64,000 nucleotides of DNA from Tieghemostelium lacteum (taxonomy: Eukaryota): the NCBI GenBank assembly GCA_001606155.1, contig LODT01000042.1, positions 79,758-143,757 on the forward strand, in the 5' to 3' direction. Shown here in pieces: positions 30,564 through 42,929 of this stretch. Position 1 is the stretch's first letter, and each line of letters starts with the position of its first letter. A program made the position numbers and the translations under genes. The notes under the pieces are model-generated. The model ran no database searches. It worked only from the letters and a program-made list of their open reading frames with translations, and was not told the origin of the DNA.

Positions 30564-33500
30564 ATGATCAAAAATATACTATTATTAATTTGTATAGTAT
30601 TGATTGGAATTGTAAAATCACAACCTACTAGTAGTATTTGGACAGGTGAACAATCAAATAATTTTCATTCCTTTTTGAATTATAATCCAACTGGTATTCC
30701 AGGTGTAAATGATACAGTATTAATTGATTTGGCAAATGCTACTGTATACTCAAATTACCCCGATACAATTACAGTATTGAATCTATTAGTTGGAGCACTT
30801 AGTAGAAATGCAACATGTTTATTACAAATAAATTCACCATGTACTATTGGTAATATGTTGTCATTGGAATCCAACTCCACTATAAATACTTTCCAATTCC
30901 CTTTGAGTGTTGGTACTTTACAAAACTATGGATATTTAAATATCGCTGGTACCACTATTAATGCTCAATTTATCAATCAAGGTCAAATTAATACCATAAA
31001 TGGTATGTATTTCAAACTACCCCTTTCTATAATTTACACTTTTTAACACCACCTACTTTTTTTTTCATTTAACCCCGCCCCACACATATCACTAGGGTTA
31101 GATATTATTCTTCAAGGATCTTTTGTCAATTCAAATCAATTTAATATTGATGATTCAAAAGTTACCATTTCAGCACCAACCCAACTTGAATTAGCAGGTC
31201 AAATTTTAATAAACAATGGCTCTCTTACTCAACTTGATGTAGGTATTATAATATTCAAATTATAAAAGTAGAAACTAACCTATATATATCAATAGGATTT
31301 GAGTTTAAGCAATACATCAAGTATTACGATGACATCATCAACAGTTAACTTAAATACAGATAATACAGTAATTTCATTATACGACACATCATCCATCAAT
31401 GTTAATGATCAATCACTATTCACATTGGGTAATGTGACTGTAAATCTAAATGATAAAGCAAAGTTAATTACTCAAAATTCAAATTTAGTCTCCACCAATA
31501 ACCACTTGAATCTCTATGTATGTACTATCATAACCATACTATAATTCTAGAGTGTTTATATATGTAATCTAATATCATTTAAAAATACTAGTTAAATTCA
31601 TCAGTAAAGATTGAAACTACACAATCATTCTTTAATAATGGTTTTATTCAAACTTATAATTTATCATACTTTTGGTTTGATAATTGTGAAAGTACATTCA
31701 CTAATAACTATGTAGTACTAGCTGATGATTCTGCACTTTATTTTGATAACACTACAAAAGTTACAATGTCACCTAGTTTCATGACTTTTGATGATAGATC
31801 TGCATTATGGGTATACCAAACCCAGATTTCTACCACTACCGATACATCTTATTTAACATTTAATGTATGTCTATTTTATAGAATTACAATATATATTAAA
31901 ACCTATACTAATATTTATACTGTCTATTATATAGGATAACTCAACATCACTAATTGAAAATAGTTCATTTAATTATATAAATTCTTATATTACTTTAAAT
32001 GACAATTCCAAATTTACATTAAATCTAACTACACCTACAATATTAGATAATACCAATATCATTGTTAGTGATACCTCATTTTTATCATTAATTGGTTTGA
32101 CAACTGGAAATTTCATTTTAAATACCTCTGTAAGTGTTACTAAAGATTGTAATGTTGGCTATGATATTAGAATACTAATATATGGTATTTAGGATTCAGG
32201 ATCAGCTCAATTTGAACAGAGTACTATTGATCACTCAAATTTCATGTATATTAGTGGAAATAGTGCATTGACATTAAATAACTCAACATTGAATGTATTG
32301 GTAAATTCTACTTTGAATAGTGACGCAACAACTACATTATACCTATTCAACAGTATAATGAACATAAACAATGGATCATTGTTAAATGTAAATGGTGAAA
32401 TTTCTGTAAATGTTGGGTCAACTTTAACTATTGATAATCCAACTACAATTGGAACATTATCACTATCTGCATCAACTGTTGATCTAAATAATGATTTGAC
32501 TGTAAATACATTGACACTATCAGAAAGTACAATGGCACTAGATTCAAGTCTAACTGTAGATGGTTCATTTAATTTAGTTTCTTCATCTAAAGTTTCTTTT
32601 ACACCAAAATCAACATTTACACAATCCAATGGAATTGTTAATATTACATTGTCTTCGATAACATTTGAGGCTGAAGCCGGTGTAGTCTCAGGATTATTTT
32701 TAAATGCCACAATGACCAGTAACCAAAAGGGTACAGTTGAGATTGGAAATGGTCAAATTCTACTAAATGGCACACAATGGAAGTTCACAGCTGGAGATAT
32801 ATCCATCATCACACCAATATTCAACTTGTACAATTCCCAATTGTCAAATGGTGCACAATCAAAAATGATGTTTTTCGCACCTGTACAATTCCAAGGTACT
32901 TCTTCATCTCTCTCCAATAGTGGGTTCATGTCGCTTTCGTCAAGTGTCTCTCCAAACCAGTCACAAGGTACATTCACCAACAGTGGTACTCTTTCAACAC
33001 CAACTGGTAATAACATAACCATAGGAGTCCACTTAACCAACAGTGGAAATGCTACATTCTCTTTAGTCTCCATCTACAATTACACTCAAACCAAAGGTAA
33101 CACCTATTTGGAAAATGGAAAATTCTCATCTCCATCACCTATCCTCATCAACGGTGGACAACTACAAGGATCATCGAATATCTCAGGTGACTTGGTTGCC
33201 AACGGAAACTCTATAATCGGTAGTAACACAACCATTACAAATCTCATCATCTCAGGATCATTCAATCACTCTGTGAATGCTACTTTGTATCTGACAGTTG
33301 ACAGTGCTACCAATATCTCAGTGTTCACAGTTGGAGGTCAAGCCAACATCCAAGGATCCTTATCCATCTTTGTCTTGAACCCAATAGACAAGAACGCCAA
33401 TCTCACTTTGCTCTCATTCGGATCGGTTGTAGGTAACTTCTCCTCTGTAAATATACAATTCCCCAACAATGATGAAGATGATGAAAAATGTCAACAAGTC

Positions 33501-33692
33501 TATACTCTAGCTGACAAGATTATTGTAAACTTTGGTTGTCCACCACCCAACAAATTGTCACCTGGTGCCATTGCCGCAATAGTCTTTGGTTGTCTTGCTT
33601 TTGTTTTAATTCTAGCTGGTCTTGGTTACTTTGTACGTCGTTATTATCAATCTCAAAAAACATCTGATGAACACTCTCCACTTTTAAATTAA
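30564..33692 (+). CDS. Secreted type I membrane protein rich in Asn/Ser/Thr, consistent with a parallel beta-helix / adhesin-like fold. Six exons: join(30564..31002, 31096..31238, 31296..31517, 31592..31864, 31935..32129, 32193..33692), about 923 aa.
   Basis: Signal peptide MIKNILLLICIVLIGIVKSQ. All five introns are GTATGT/GTAAGT...AG, 57-93 nt. Exon joins keep one open frame with no stops across all exons. Repetitive N-x-(S/T)-rich beta-strand-like segments (NSTLNVLVNSTLNSDATTTLYLFNSIMNINNGSLLNVNGEISVNVGSTLTIDNPTTIG...). C-terminal TM segment AIAAIVFGCLAFVLILAGLGYFV, then a short cytoplasmic tail. Confidence 0.6.
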
Positions 33693-33775
33693 CTTTAATA
33701 AACACCTCCTCTTCTTTTTCTCTCTTTAGTTTATTGTAAACTCCTTTAAATCTAAAATATGCAACCTTTATTGAT

Positions 33776-35245
33776 TTAATAATTAATTTTATTAAACTGA
33801 ATAATTAAGTCAAGTAGGTCGCAAACAATATGTGGTAACATATGGGGAGATGATGACTTTACGTGGATTTTGAGATTACCAGTTTCATATTTGAAAGTAT
33901 TTTCAACCAATACTTTTACAGAGTGATCAGTTTCAGCATAGTAAATTGAAATGAATTTAGAACTGTCCATATTTCTTTCAACTTCAAATACATTGTTATT
34001 TGAGAATATCAACATTAGAATATCAGGATTAAAATTATGTATTGGAATTTCATAGGATTCCTCACGATATTTTAGATTCCAAATTGTTTGGAACTGTTCC
34101 CGTGTCATGGGCTGTGTCTCTTTTAGATTGTACTTGATATCTGGTTGCAAGCTTAATGAATAAAAACAGTTTTTGATATCAACCAATTGCAATAGTAAAT
34201 TATTTCCTTTGGGAACTATAGCAGGATTTGTTTTAACCAATGGTATAGAAAGTATCTGGCCAACTCTATGTTCCAAAGGGACAAAAGAATCTGGTACCAA
34301 GAAACCATGTTGGTTTTCATGGATTTGTATTTTAGACAGTGTAGTACTAGGGATAGTTGATAATTTAAGTACCAATGCATAGCCTTCATTGGTAAAATGA
34401 ATAGAACAATCTAAACCATAGGAGTTTGGAGAAAACTTAGGTTTTTTATCTTTTGCAAAATGGAGGTAAAGTTTTAGATGATCAGGATTTACAGTGGCTC
34501 CATTCTCTAAGGTTATGATTGGTAGTATTTCATTTTTAGCCCAAGTATATCTATATTTTTGCTTCTCCACTCCTTGATTGGCAAGTCTAAATACCACTCT
34601 ACCTTGGTTAAAAATAATCAATAGAATTTGATCTAATATCCTGGAGGTTGAGGTATTATCAAGAGTTAATATATTATAAAACTCTGAATCAGTTGTTTTG
34701 TTTTTCTTATTATTATTATTATTATTATTATTACTGTTTTTGGATATAGTTATTTGTTCAAAATATTTTTGAATGTAATTGATTTTATCATTTTGGTAGG
34801 TGTCTTGACTATCCAAAAGTGATAAGAAATTCTGTTGTTGGGTGATTTGGTTTTCAAAATGTGAAATTTTTAGACAATGAAGTTCAGAATTCTCATCATG
34901 ATGGCTTTTTAATTGTTTTTTTAGGTCAACTTGTTTAATATGGAGTTGGTCATGTAACTCTTTAAAGATACCATCTATAAGCCCCATTTGTTTGTCATGG
35001 TGAGATCGAACATGTTCCTGAAAATCATATTCTTTTTTGGCTTTAATTTCATTGAATAATTTAAATTGTAAGCTGGGCTCCTCTTTTAGTTTCTCTGATT
35101 GCTCTTCTAACTCTTTATAATAATCATCAGTATCTTTAATTTCATGGGTACTATGATTGGCAAGGCACTTTGTACACAATAATTTACGGCAACTAATACA
35201 GCACAAAACAAATGATTTTGAATGCTCTTCACATGAAATTGTCAT
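33776..35245 (-). CDS. B-box zinc-finger / coiled-coil protein with a C-terminal domain of unknown fold. It is TRIM-like but has no RING. 489 aa. Paralog of the gene at 57504..59088.
   Basis: N-terminal CEEHSKSFVLCCISCRKLLCTKCLANHSTHEI (B-box C/H pattern). Heptad-rich coiled coil with the shared motif IFKELHDQLHIKQVDLKKQLKSHHDENSE. Poly-N stretch. Confidence 0.55.
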   Translation of the reverse strand: MTISCEEHSKSFVLCCISCRKLLCTKCLANHSTHEIKDTDDYYKELEEQSEKLKEEPSLQFKLFNEIKAKKEYDFQEHVRSHHDKQMGLIDGIFKELHDQLHIKQVDLKKQLKSHHDENSELHCLKISHFENQITQQQNFLSLLDSQDTYQNDKINYIQKYFEQITISKNSNNNNNNNNKKNKTTDSEFYNILTLDNTSTSRILDQILLIIFNQGRVVFRLANQGVEKQKYRYTWAKNEILPIITLENGATVNPDHLKLYLHFAKDKKPKFSPNSYGLDCSIHFTNEGYALVLKLSTIPSTTLSKIQIHENQHGFLVPDSFVPLEHRVGQILSIPLVKTNPAIVPKGNNLLLQLVDIKNCFYSLSLQPDIKYNLKETQPMTREQFQTIWNLKYREESYEIPIHNFNPDILMLIFSNNNVFEVERNMDSSKFISIYYAETDHSVKVLVENTFKYETGNLKIHVKSSSPHMLPHIVCDLLDLIIQFNKINY

Positions 35246-36110
35246 TTTATAAAAATAGTAATATTATCTAATTGTATATATAAAAGCTTTGAATTAAAAT
35301 GAAAAATTCATTTGTAAACTAATATATGCAATTTGATAATGATATTCCTATTCCTTTGGGTTTTTTTAAATTGAGTGATGTGGTAGACATATATAAATGT
35401 GGTAAAATTTTATAATCAATAAGAGTGGCTATATTAATATTGTAGGTAATAGTTTAGTTGAATTAATTTTTTGTTTTTTTAGTTTTATTTTGTATCAATG
35501 AGGTGAGTGAAAGGATGTACAAAAACTGTGGTGTGGGATTGAACTTTACTTTTAAAATAAAAATAAATCAACAATATTTTGGTTTTTATTTTAAGGTATT
35601 TTTCAGGTTATCATGGGTTAGTATATGAATATATCTCCTCATCAGTATATGGTGTATTCTAACAAATGTTTTTAAACACAGTATGTGCAACTAAAGTATC
35701 ACACCGAAATCAAATTTGAACATAGATGTACTATGAAATATTGGGAATCTGCAATTAAAAGTCTATTTTTAAAATCCTAAAAAAGTCAAGTTAATAATAA
35801 ATATTCACTCCAAATTAATTATTTCTATCAAGTGTGTAGTGAACACACTACAATGACATAATTTTAAACGACAATTAAAAAAAAAAAAAAAAAAAGTGGT
35901 ATTGAGTAAATGTGGTGTTATTATGAATTGGAATTCATGTGTTATAATGGTCACATGTGAAAAACTATCTGACCACCTCTTTATTATTAGATTTCTTGTT
36001 CTTGAAAACACAAGAGATGAAATTTTATTTTATTTTTTTTTTTTTTATATTACTGCAGTTTCAGATTTGAAAATAATTAAAATTTTTAATATATATATAA
36101 ATAAGTAATA

Positions 36111-37753
36111 ATGAAAAAACTAAATGTCCAAGACAATAAAGAAACAGATAAACTATATACAACATCAATAGATGCTTTGAAATCATTATACAGAAATAAA
36201 ATTAAACCATTGGAAGCTCTTACAAGGTATGTGTAGAGGTCATGACCGTATACCAAAATATACGAGAGCGAGAGACTAACAGATAGATTTATAATTTGTA
36301 AAGGTTTGGTGAATTCCATTCACCATCACTTAGTGACAGTGACATTGATGCAAAACCAATGGTACTATTGATAGGACAATACAGTACTGGAAAGACATCA
36401 TTTATACAATACTTGTTAGAAAGAGATTTCCCAGGCCTTACAATAGGTCCTGAACCAACTACAGATAGATTCAATGCTGTAATGTACGGCCCAGACGACA
36501 GAATAATACCAGGAAATACAGTATGCGTACAAGAAGACAAACCATTCAAGGCATTGGCACGATATGGAACTGCCTTTATGAACAAGTTTCAGTGTTCACA
36601 TTGCAATTCACCTATACTAGAGAAACTGTCTTTTATTGATACTCCTGGTGTACTTTCTGGTGAGAAACAGAGGATTGGAAGATCTTATGACTTTCCAGCT
36701 ATTGTAAGTTGGTTTGCAGAGAGATCCGATATGATTCTGTTACTATTTGATGCCCATAAATTGGATATTAGCGATGAGTTTAAACTAGCTATAGAGTCAC
36801 TAAAAGGTCACGATGATAAGATTAAAATTGTGCTGAATAAGGCTGATAAGATATCAGCTCAACAGTTACTTCGTGTCTATGGGTCTCTGTTGTGGAGTTT
36901 AGGTAGAGTCATACCAACTCCAGAGGTTATGAGAGTGTACCTGGGATCCTTTTGGAACCAGACACCACTCCAGAACCCAGAGACTGAGAAACTACTTCAT
37001 GACGAGATGGTAGATCTCATTAAAGAACTGCTACTACTACCCAAGAACGCAGCAGTCAGAAAGGTAAATGACCTAGTAAAAAGGGCAAGGGCTGCAAAGG
37101 TCCACGCCATCATCTTGGGTCACCTTAAAAACGAGATGCCAGCTGTTTTTGGTAAAGAATCCAAACAGGCTGAACTCATAAAGAACCTCGACCAGGAATT
37201 CACAAAAATCGAGAGAATGTATAACCTTCCCGCAGGTGATTTCCCAAATGTCGACAAGTATCGTCAGATTCTTAAAGTTCATGATTTTAGTAAATTCCCA
37301 AAACTCAATCCAAAGATGATTGAGTCGATTGATGAAGTGTTGGCCTATGATTTCCCAGAACTTTTGAATAGGTTCCCTGTTGATGGAAGTCATAAACCTA
37401 CTCAATATGAACTGAATCCATTTGCTATTGATGAATTGGACCCATCAGAACGTTGGAAACTCTTTGAATCTATTGACAAACCAAAGTATATGCAGATTTT
37501 CCATAGTTTGGAACCACAAGATGGAAAAATCACAGGTGCTGCTGCTAAACCTACTCTACTTACCAGTGGACTTCCTAATGATCTTCTAGGTCGTATATGG
37601 AAACTCTCTGATATTGACAGAGATGGTCGTTTGGATCAAGATGAGTTTTGTCTCATTATGCATTTGATTCAAGTTAAACTTCAAGGTTATGAAATTCCAG
37701 ATCAATTACCAACCTCTTTAATCCCATTTACCAAACGTGGAGGTATGTCTTAA
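36111..37753 (+). CDS. EH-domain-containing protein (EHD/RME-1 family dynamin-like ATPase). Two exons: join(36111..36226, 36304..37753).
   Basis: Exon 1 MKKLNVQDNKETDKLYTTSIDALKSLYRNKIKPLEALT(R) is joined via GTATGT..gtaaAG in phase 2 to RFGEFHSPSLSDSDIDAKPMVLLIGQYSTGKTSFIQYLLERDFPG... This matches human EHD1 ALKELYRTKLLPLEEHYRFGAFHSPALEDADFDGKPMVLVAGQYSTGKTSFIQYLLEQ almost residue for residue. The C-terminal EH domain carries the EF-hand DIDRDGRLDQDEF. Confidence 0.9.
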
Positions 37754-38903
37754 ATTAGTCTCAAAAACCATTATTATTGTACATTATAGGATAATTTATA
37801 TAACCAGGTTTAAGAGTTATATTCATTTTATTTATTAGTTCTTACTTCTTCCCCCATTTCTTCCTCTTTTTTTTTTATTCTCCTTCATCCCCTTCATTTC
37901 ACTCCATCCTTCTTCTTCTTCCTTTTAGAAGATATAATAAAATTAAGAGAATTAGTTTTTTTTTTTATTTGTATAAATATATACTTTTACTTTTATATTA
38001 CCTATATTAGAAATTTTAATAATTATTAACAATTTAATATATTTAGGATATTTGGAGACTGAAGAATCTAATAAAGGTAAGAAGAAATCAAAGAGTTCAT
38101 CTAGTAGTAGTTCAATGTCATCTACCACAACCTCTACTAGAACTTCACACTCAGGTGTAGAGAAAAAACATAGAAAACCTTCACTGTCAACAATACTAAG
38201 AGGTTCAAAAGATAAAGAATCTAAAACACAACCATTATCCAACAGTGGTGAATTTATGAATGTATCAAAATAAATTATAATATCGCTACCTGTTTGTAGA
38301 AATTTACAATTTATGATAAATAACCTTTAGTGAAATTGCAACAATGCTATTATCTGAAATGTAAACCTTAAATTATTTTAAAAATTGTGTTTGTGAAATA
38401 TTTGAATATTTTCAAAGTTACCAAATTGCTTCTCAAAGTCAGCTTTGATGAAGTGTAGTATCTGTTCTAGAAAGTTTAATAGCTTTCTGTTACACCATAG
38501 TGTAACAAACTATAGATAATTTATTTTCAGAGGAGGTATTTATGACATTGAGAATATGACTTGTCTATTCGTCAAAATTACCAAATTGCATTTACTCTGT
38601 ATTGCACTACTATCAGAGTACAAATAGTGCTCCTCTTTACAAACAAATTCCAAATAAAACCCTGATATCATTTTATTATTATAACTATTTTAAATTATAA
38701 TAATCTTTAAATTTAGTGATATTCTAACAGAAAATTAATACAAAAATAAAAAGTGTTCTTAAATTAAAAAAAACGAGACATATCGAAATTTGAATTTTTT
38801 TGAATTAAAATTGATTAATTTTTTGCGACAGAAAATTTTTGATTAGATTTTTTTTACAGTTTTCTTTTCTCTCTCTCTTTTCGAAACTCAACTCGTCGAC
38901 AAA

Positions 38904-39559
38904 AGTATGTATAGAGTTGGATAACTTATCACCAGAGATTTGGAATTAGGATATTAATCATCGAACAGTGGGTAAACCAAATGGTATTAGAACAGCAAGA
39001 AAATTACGTAACCATCGTCGTACTCAAAGATGGAACGATAAAACCTACAAAAAAGCACATTTTGGTACTGCCTTGAAAGCTAATCCATTCGGAGGTGCTT
39101 CCCATGCTTCTGGTATCGTCATTCAAAGATTAGGTATTGAGGCCAAACAGCCAAATTCTGCTATTCGTAAGTGTGTCAGAGTTCAATTAAAGAAGAACGG
39201 TAAAAAAATTACCGCCTTCGTACCAAACGATGGTTGTTTAAATTACATCCAAGAGAATGATAAAGTATTAGTTGCTGGTTTCGGTCGTTCCGGTCACGCT
39301 GTTGGTGGTATGTATCAAAGAAAAATACACACTTAAGAGAGGAGGAAAGGGGAAACAAAAGAATTGGATATTATACAGGAAAATACCTCACTACTCTTAC
39401 TTGTGTATATATTAAATTTAAAATGTAGACAGAGTTTACTGATATTGTATTTATTTGCAAATTATAGATATTCCAGGCTGTAGATTCAAGATTGTTAAAG
39501 TCTCTTCAGTTGCTTTAATTGCTATTTACAGAGGTTTGAAAGATAAACCAAATGTATAA
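38904..39559 (+). CDS. rps23: 40S ribosomal protein S23 (uS12). Three exons: join(38904..38904, 38969..39307, 39468..39559), 143 aa. The ATG is split by intron 1 as A|TG.
   Basis: ...[112 protein letters not shown]|[30 protein letters not shown] is near-identical to eukaryotic RPS23. Intron 2 is GTATGT..ttatAG in phase 1. Intron 1 runs GTATGT (38905) to gaacAG (38968), leaving only the A of the start codon in exon 1. The spliced length of 143 aa equals that of human RPS23. Confidence 0.85.
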
Positions 39560-39734
39560 ATTATTAGGTTTATTGAAATAAAAAGTCTTTTGAATACTTA
39601 AATTTGGGTTATACTTTTATATTTTATTGGAATCACATGTTCTGTGAATTAACACAAAAGCAAATATTTATTATTATAAGGAGGTTTTTTTTTAAATTTA
39701 TATTCAAATGATTATTTCAAAATAGAGATCAACG

Positions 39735-41204
39735 ATGGGTTCAGTTGAAAGTAAACCAAAATATATATTTATAGCTCACAATCAATTAAAGTTACCTAAT
39801 ATAATTGTAAAGCAAATAATTACATTTCTAAATGATATTAGATTGTCACTAGTGTGTAAATATTGGTTTTGTTTTATAGTACCTTATTGTGTGAGGTCAT
39901 TGGAGTTGAATTGGGGGTCAATGAGAAGTCTCATTGGAAATTATAGAGACCATTTAGCTGCTATTTATAAAAACTATTTAGAGAGAACAGAGAAAGCTAT
40001 TAGAGATAGAGATCAGTTTTCATTGGAGATCTTTAAAGAGTTTAAATTCAATGTAAAAAAGATACATTTATTAGATGGAAACCCTGATGGTATACTAGAG
40101 TTGATGGATGTAAACACAGACATGTTCCCCCAACTTAGTAGTTTGGAATTTTCTATCAATACAAATAGTGACTCTAATGGAGTTGGTCATTTTTTAAGTC
40201 AGTTTATTATACCTTTTAGAGACAAACACAGGATAAGAGAGTTGAAAATAGGTACTTCATTTTATCTTTTACCTCCACTATTGGTATCCTATATCCACTC
40301 TATAGAGACTCTGAATTCATTCAGTTTCAAATATTGGAAAGGACCTTTACCATTTCATGGTGCAATACCTTTTCCTACCAAATCCAAATTAACTAGGCTA
40401 ACAGTGTTTGGTGACAGTGCGAGCAATAGTGGATACCAATCAATAGAAAAGTTTGATAAGTTAAGTCAAGTGGGTTTAAGGATCCCATGCTCATTACCAG
40501 ATTTCAGGAGAATACAAGAGGGTTTTGCAATTAGAGGGATACAGAGATTAACACTGTGCAGTATGGTGACATATACTGAAAGAAATGTTATAGATAATTT
40601 ATTTTCAGTTGTTTCCTCTACATTGGAATGGTTGAAAATCGAGGAAACACCTTCAACACCCTATAGCTCAGAACGTGCATTGATACTCTTACAAAGAGTA
40701 TCTTCACTGGGACTCCTACAAACTCTGAAATTAAAATCATTGCAGATGCCAAGTGATAAACTCAGTGAGGTAATCTCAAAGAATGTAAGCTTAAGTAAAT
40801 TTAATATCTTTATGCAACTAACGAAACTAAGTCTACGTAACATGTCCTATAATGTTCCAATTATCAGCTATTTGGCATTCTCAAAGAATTACATTGCTAA
40901 TCTGACAATTGACTATTACCAATCGGATATATATGAGTTGGGTGTATTTCTAAGGAGATCAGTAACCTTAAAGCAATTGAGAATTACTCTTCACCAATCT
41001 CATGATTACTCTAAATTGGAAATACCCTATTCAACCATTGTACAGGCACTATCTAATTCTAAATCATTAGAAATTTTCAAGAGTTGTCTACCAATCCCAA
41101 TGAGCCATTTTGAACAAACCACACCTTCCTTAACTGTAATATTAAAAAAAACAAAACTATTTGTAGATAAAAATAAAATAGATTATTCCAAATTTAGGTT
41201 TTAG
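39735..41204 (+). CDS. F-box-like / leucine-rich-repeat protein, 489 aa.
   Basis: N-terminal LPNIIVKQIITFLNDIRLSLVCKYWFCFI resembles an F-box. The remainder is L-rich and repeat-like. No close relation to the F-box/LRR gene at 24169. Confidence 0.4.
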   Translation: MGSVESKPKYIFIAHNQLKLPNIIVKQIITFLNDIRLSLVCKYWFCFIVPYCVRSLELNWGSMRSLIGNYRDHLAAIYKNYLERTEKAIRDRDQFSLEIFKEFKFNVKKIHLLDGNPDGILELMDVNTDMFPQLSSLEFSINTNSDSNGVGHFLSQFIIPFRDKHRIRELKIGTSFYLLPPLLVSYIHSIETLNSFSFKYWKGPLPFHGAIPFPTKSKLTRLTVFGDSASNSGYQSIEKFDKLSQVGLRIPCSLPDFRRIQEGFAIRGIQRLTLCSMVTYTERNVIDNLFSVVSSTLEWLKIEETPSTPYSSERALILLQRVSSLGLLQTLKLKSLQMPSDKLSEVISKNVSLSKFNIFMQLTKLSLRNMSYNVPIISYLAFSKNYIANLTIDYYQSDIYELGVFLRRSVTLKQLRITLHQSHDYSKLEIPYSTIVQALSNSKSLEIFKSCLPIPMSHFEQTTPSLTVILKKTKLFVDKNKIDYSKFRF

Positions 41205-41539
41205 ATTTGAAATAACAACTTGCACAAACCCATCAAGTGATTTTTATAGTAATTGTTTATTAGATGCATAATTTGCAAAACAAAATGGTATTTCAAATTA
41301 TAAAGATAATGGTTCAATTTTAAAAATAAATATTAGATATTTTGATAGGTGATCCCTTTATTTGAATCTGTTTTTGACTCAGTTATGTTGAATTTTCTTT
41401 ATCATTAGAAATCACATTTATATGAGATGTTAGATAATAAATAAAAAACCATAAAACACAAGAGAGGGGGGAGTGAAAATTTGTATTGTATTTTTTAAAA
41501 ATAGGTTAGCGATCTATCTGATGGAGATAGAATAGGATC

Positions 41540-42663
41540 TTAAGGAATAACAACTAAACCATTAAATGGAATACATAGGATATTCTTTTCTTTACAACTG
41601 TGACCACCAAAAGAATATTCCAATGAACCACCATCGATGTTGTAGAATTGAATGACATCAGAATCATCAGGTTTCTCTTTTTTAGAGGCATAAGGTACCT
41701 CTACAATGAGAGTGTCACCAATGATAACCATAGAACCTGGGAATCCACTAGATTTACCAGATTCAGTTGTGTTACCTACAATTTGAATATGTTGTTTGAT
41801 GCTACCGTAGACATCCATTTGAACGACTAGATCATGTTCATAGGATGGAACACTAACGAATATTTGGTCGTCGTCAGTAATCAAAATGCCATTATAGGCA
41901 ATTCTGTCAATGACAGGGTCAAAAGTCTGCCATTTCTCTTCCTCATACAGGTAGACAAAAATCTCATTTACATCTGGAATCCAGATATTTCCTTTAGAGT
42001 CACCAGCAATACCCAATGTCATATTAAAACCTGAGTTGGTGAGAGTCTGTAAATGTGTTCCAGAGAGATCATATACAAATATACCAACTTGGTAATTATA
42101 ATCACAAGCTGCATTTCTACTGATTACATATATTCTTTCATTTGGTAAATCAATATGTAATTTCTCCAGTGCACATCCCATCTTGGGTGTATTATGAGTA
42201 GCCAAGTCCATCCAAACACCTTGAATATCACCTTTAGTATCTGAATAATAAATACCTCTTTCACCATCCAAAATCAATAAAGTCTCTGAATTTAAGAATC
42301 CAATATCCAATGGAATTATAAAATTTAATGTACCATTATCCTATTATTATACATTATGTAAGTTTTCTTTGTAAAGATTATAATATATATCTATAGAATA
42401 GATGATCATACATTTTTAGCGATCATTGAATAATTGAATACATTGTCACCGTCTGTTGTAAATTCGAATAAAAAGTATGGTTCAAATGACATTGGATCTG
42501 TAATTAATAAGTTACCAGATTCAAAGGTTTTGGAGGATTCTAAATAGAGAGTAGGTTCTTGTGTTGATGGATAGGATCTTAAACCATAAACACATGATGT
42601 AAAGAATAATACAAAAATTATTATTTTACTGTACATTATTATTATTATTATTATGTTTATCAA
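41540..42663 (-). CDS. Secreted protein with a predicted beta-propeller (NHL/SGL-like) domain. Two exons: join(41540..42340, 42412..42663).
   Basis: Exon 1 has a signal peptide (MYSKIIIFVLFFTSCVYG) and ends ...AKN|GTATGA. A 71-nt intron ends in ataatAG. Exon 2 starts GAT AAT GGT... (DNGTLNFIIPLDIGFLNSE) in frame with ORF 41540..42310. Repeated hydrophobic beta-strand blocks with Gly/Asp turns. Confidence 0.5.
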
Positions 42664-42929
42664 TCAAATAAAGAAACACAAGTAGTGTGGGGTGGTTGAT
42701 TCTTTTTTTTGAGAGGCTTTGATGTAATGGATTGGTCCTTTCGGTCAATAAAAAAAGTTTTTTTTTTATTTTTTTTGCATTATTGACTGTTGATTCAAAG
42801 AGATATTTTATAAATTTATTCCGATTGTTTGTTTAAATTCGGAAAACAAAGGTTAAAAGAAAATTCTTGCATTTTACGTGTGTGTTCTTTTTTTGACTCT
42901 GGAGAAATATCTAATTAGATAATGAAGAA

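Noticed and set aside
32231-33073. Antisense ORFs 32231..32710 and 32753..33073 within the beta-helix gene
   Set aside because: The sense strand has a spliced 6-exon structure with a signal peptide and TM anchor. The antisense ORFs lack any motif.
38340-38470. Box C/D snoRNA candidate (TGATGA at about 38444, CTGA at about 38354)
   Set aside because: The CTGA lies 5' of the C box, which is the wrong order, and no D box follows within 150 nt.
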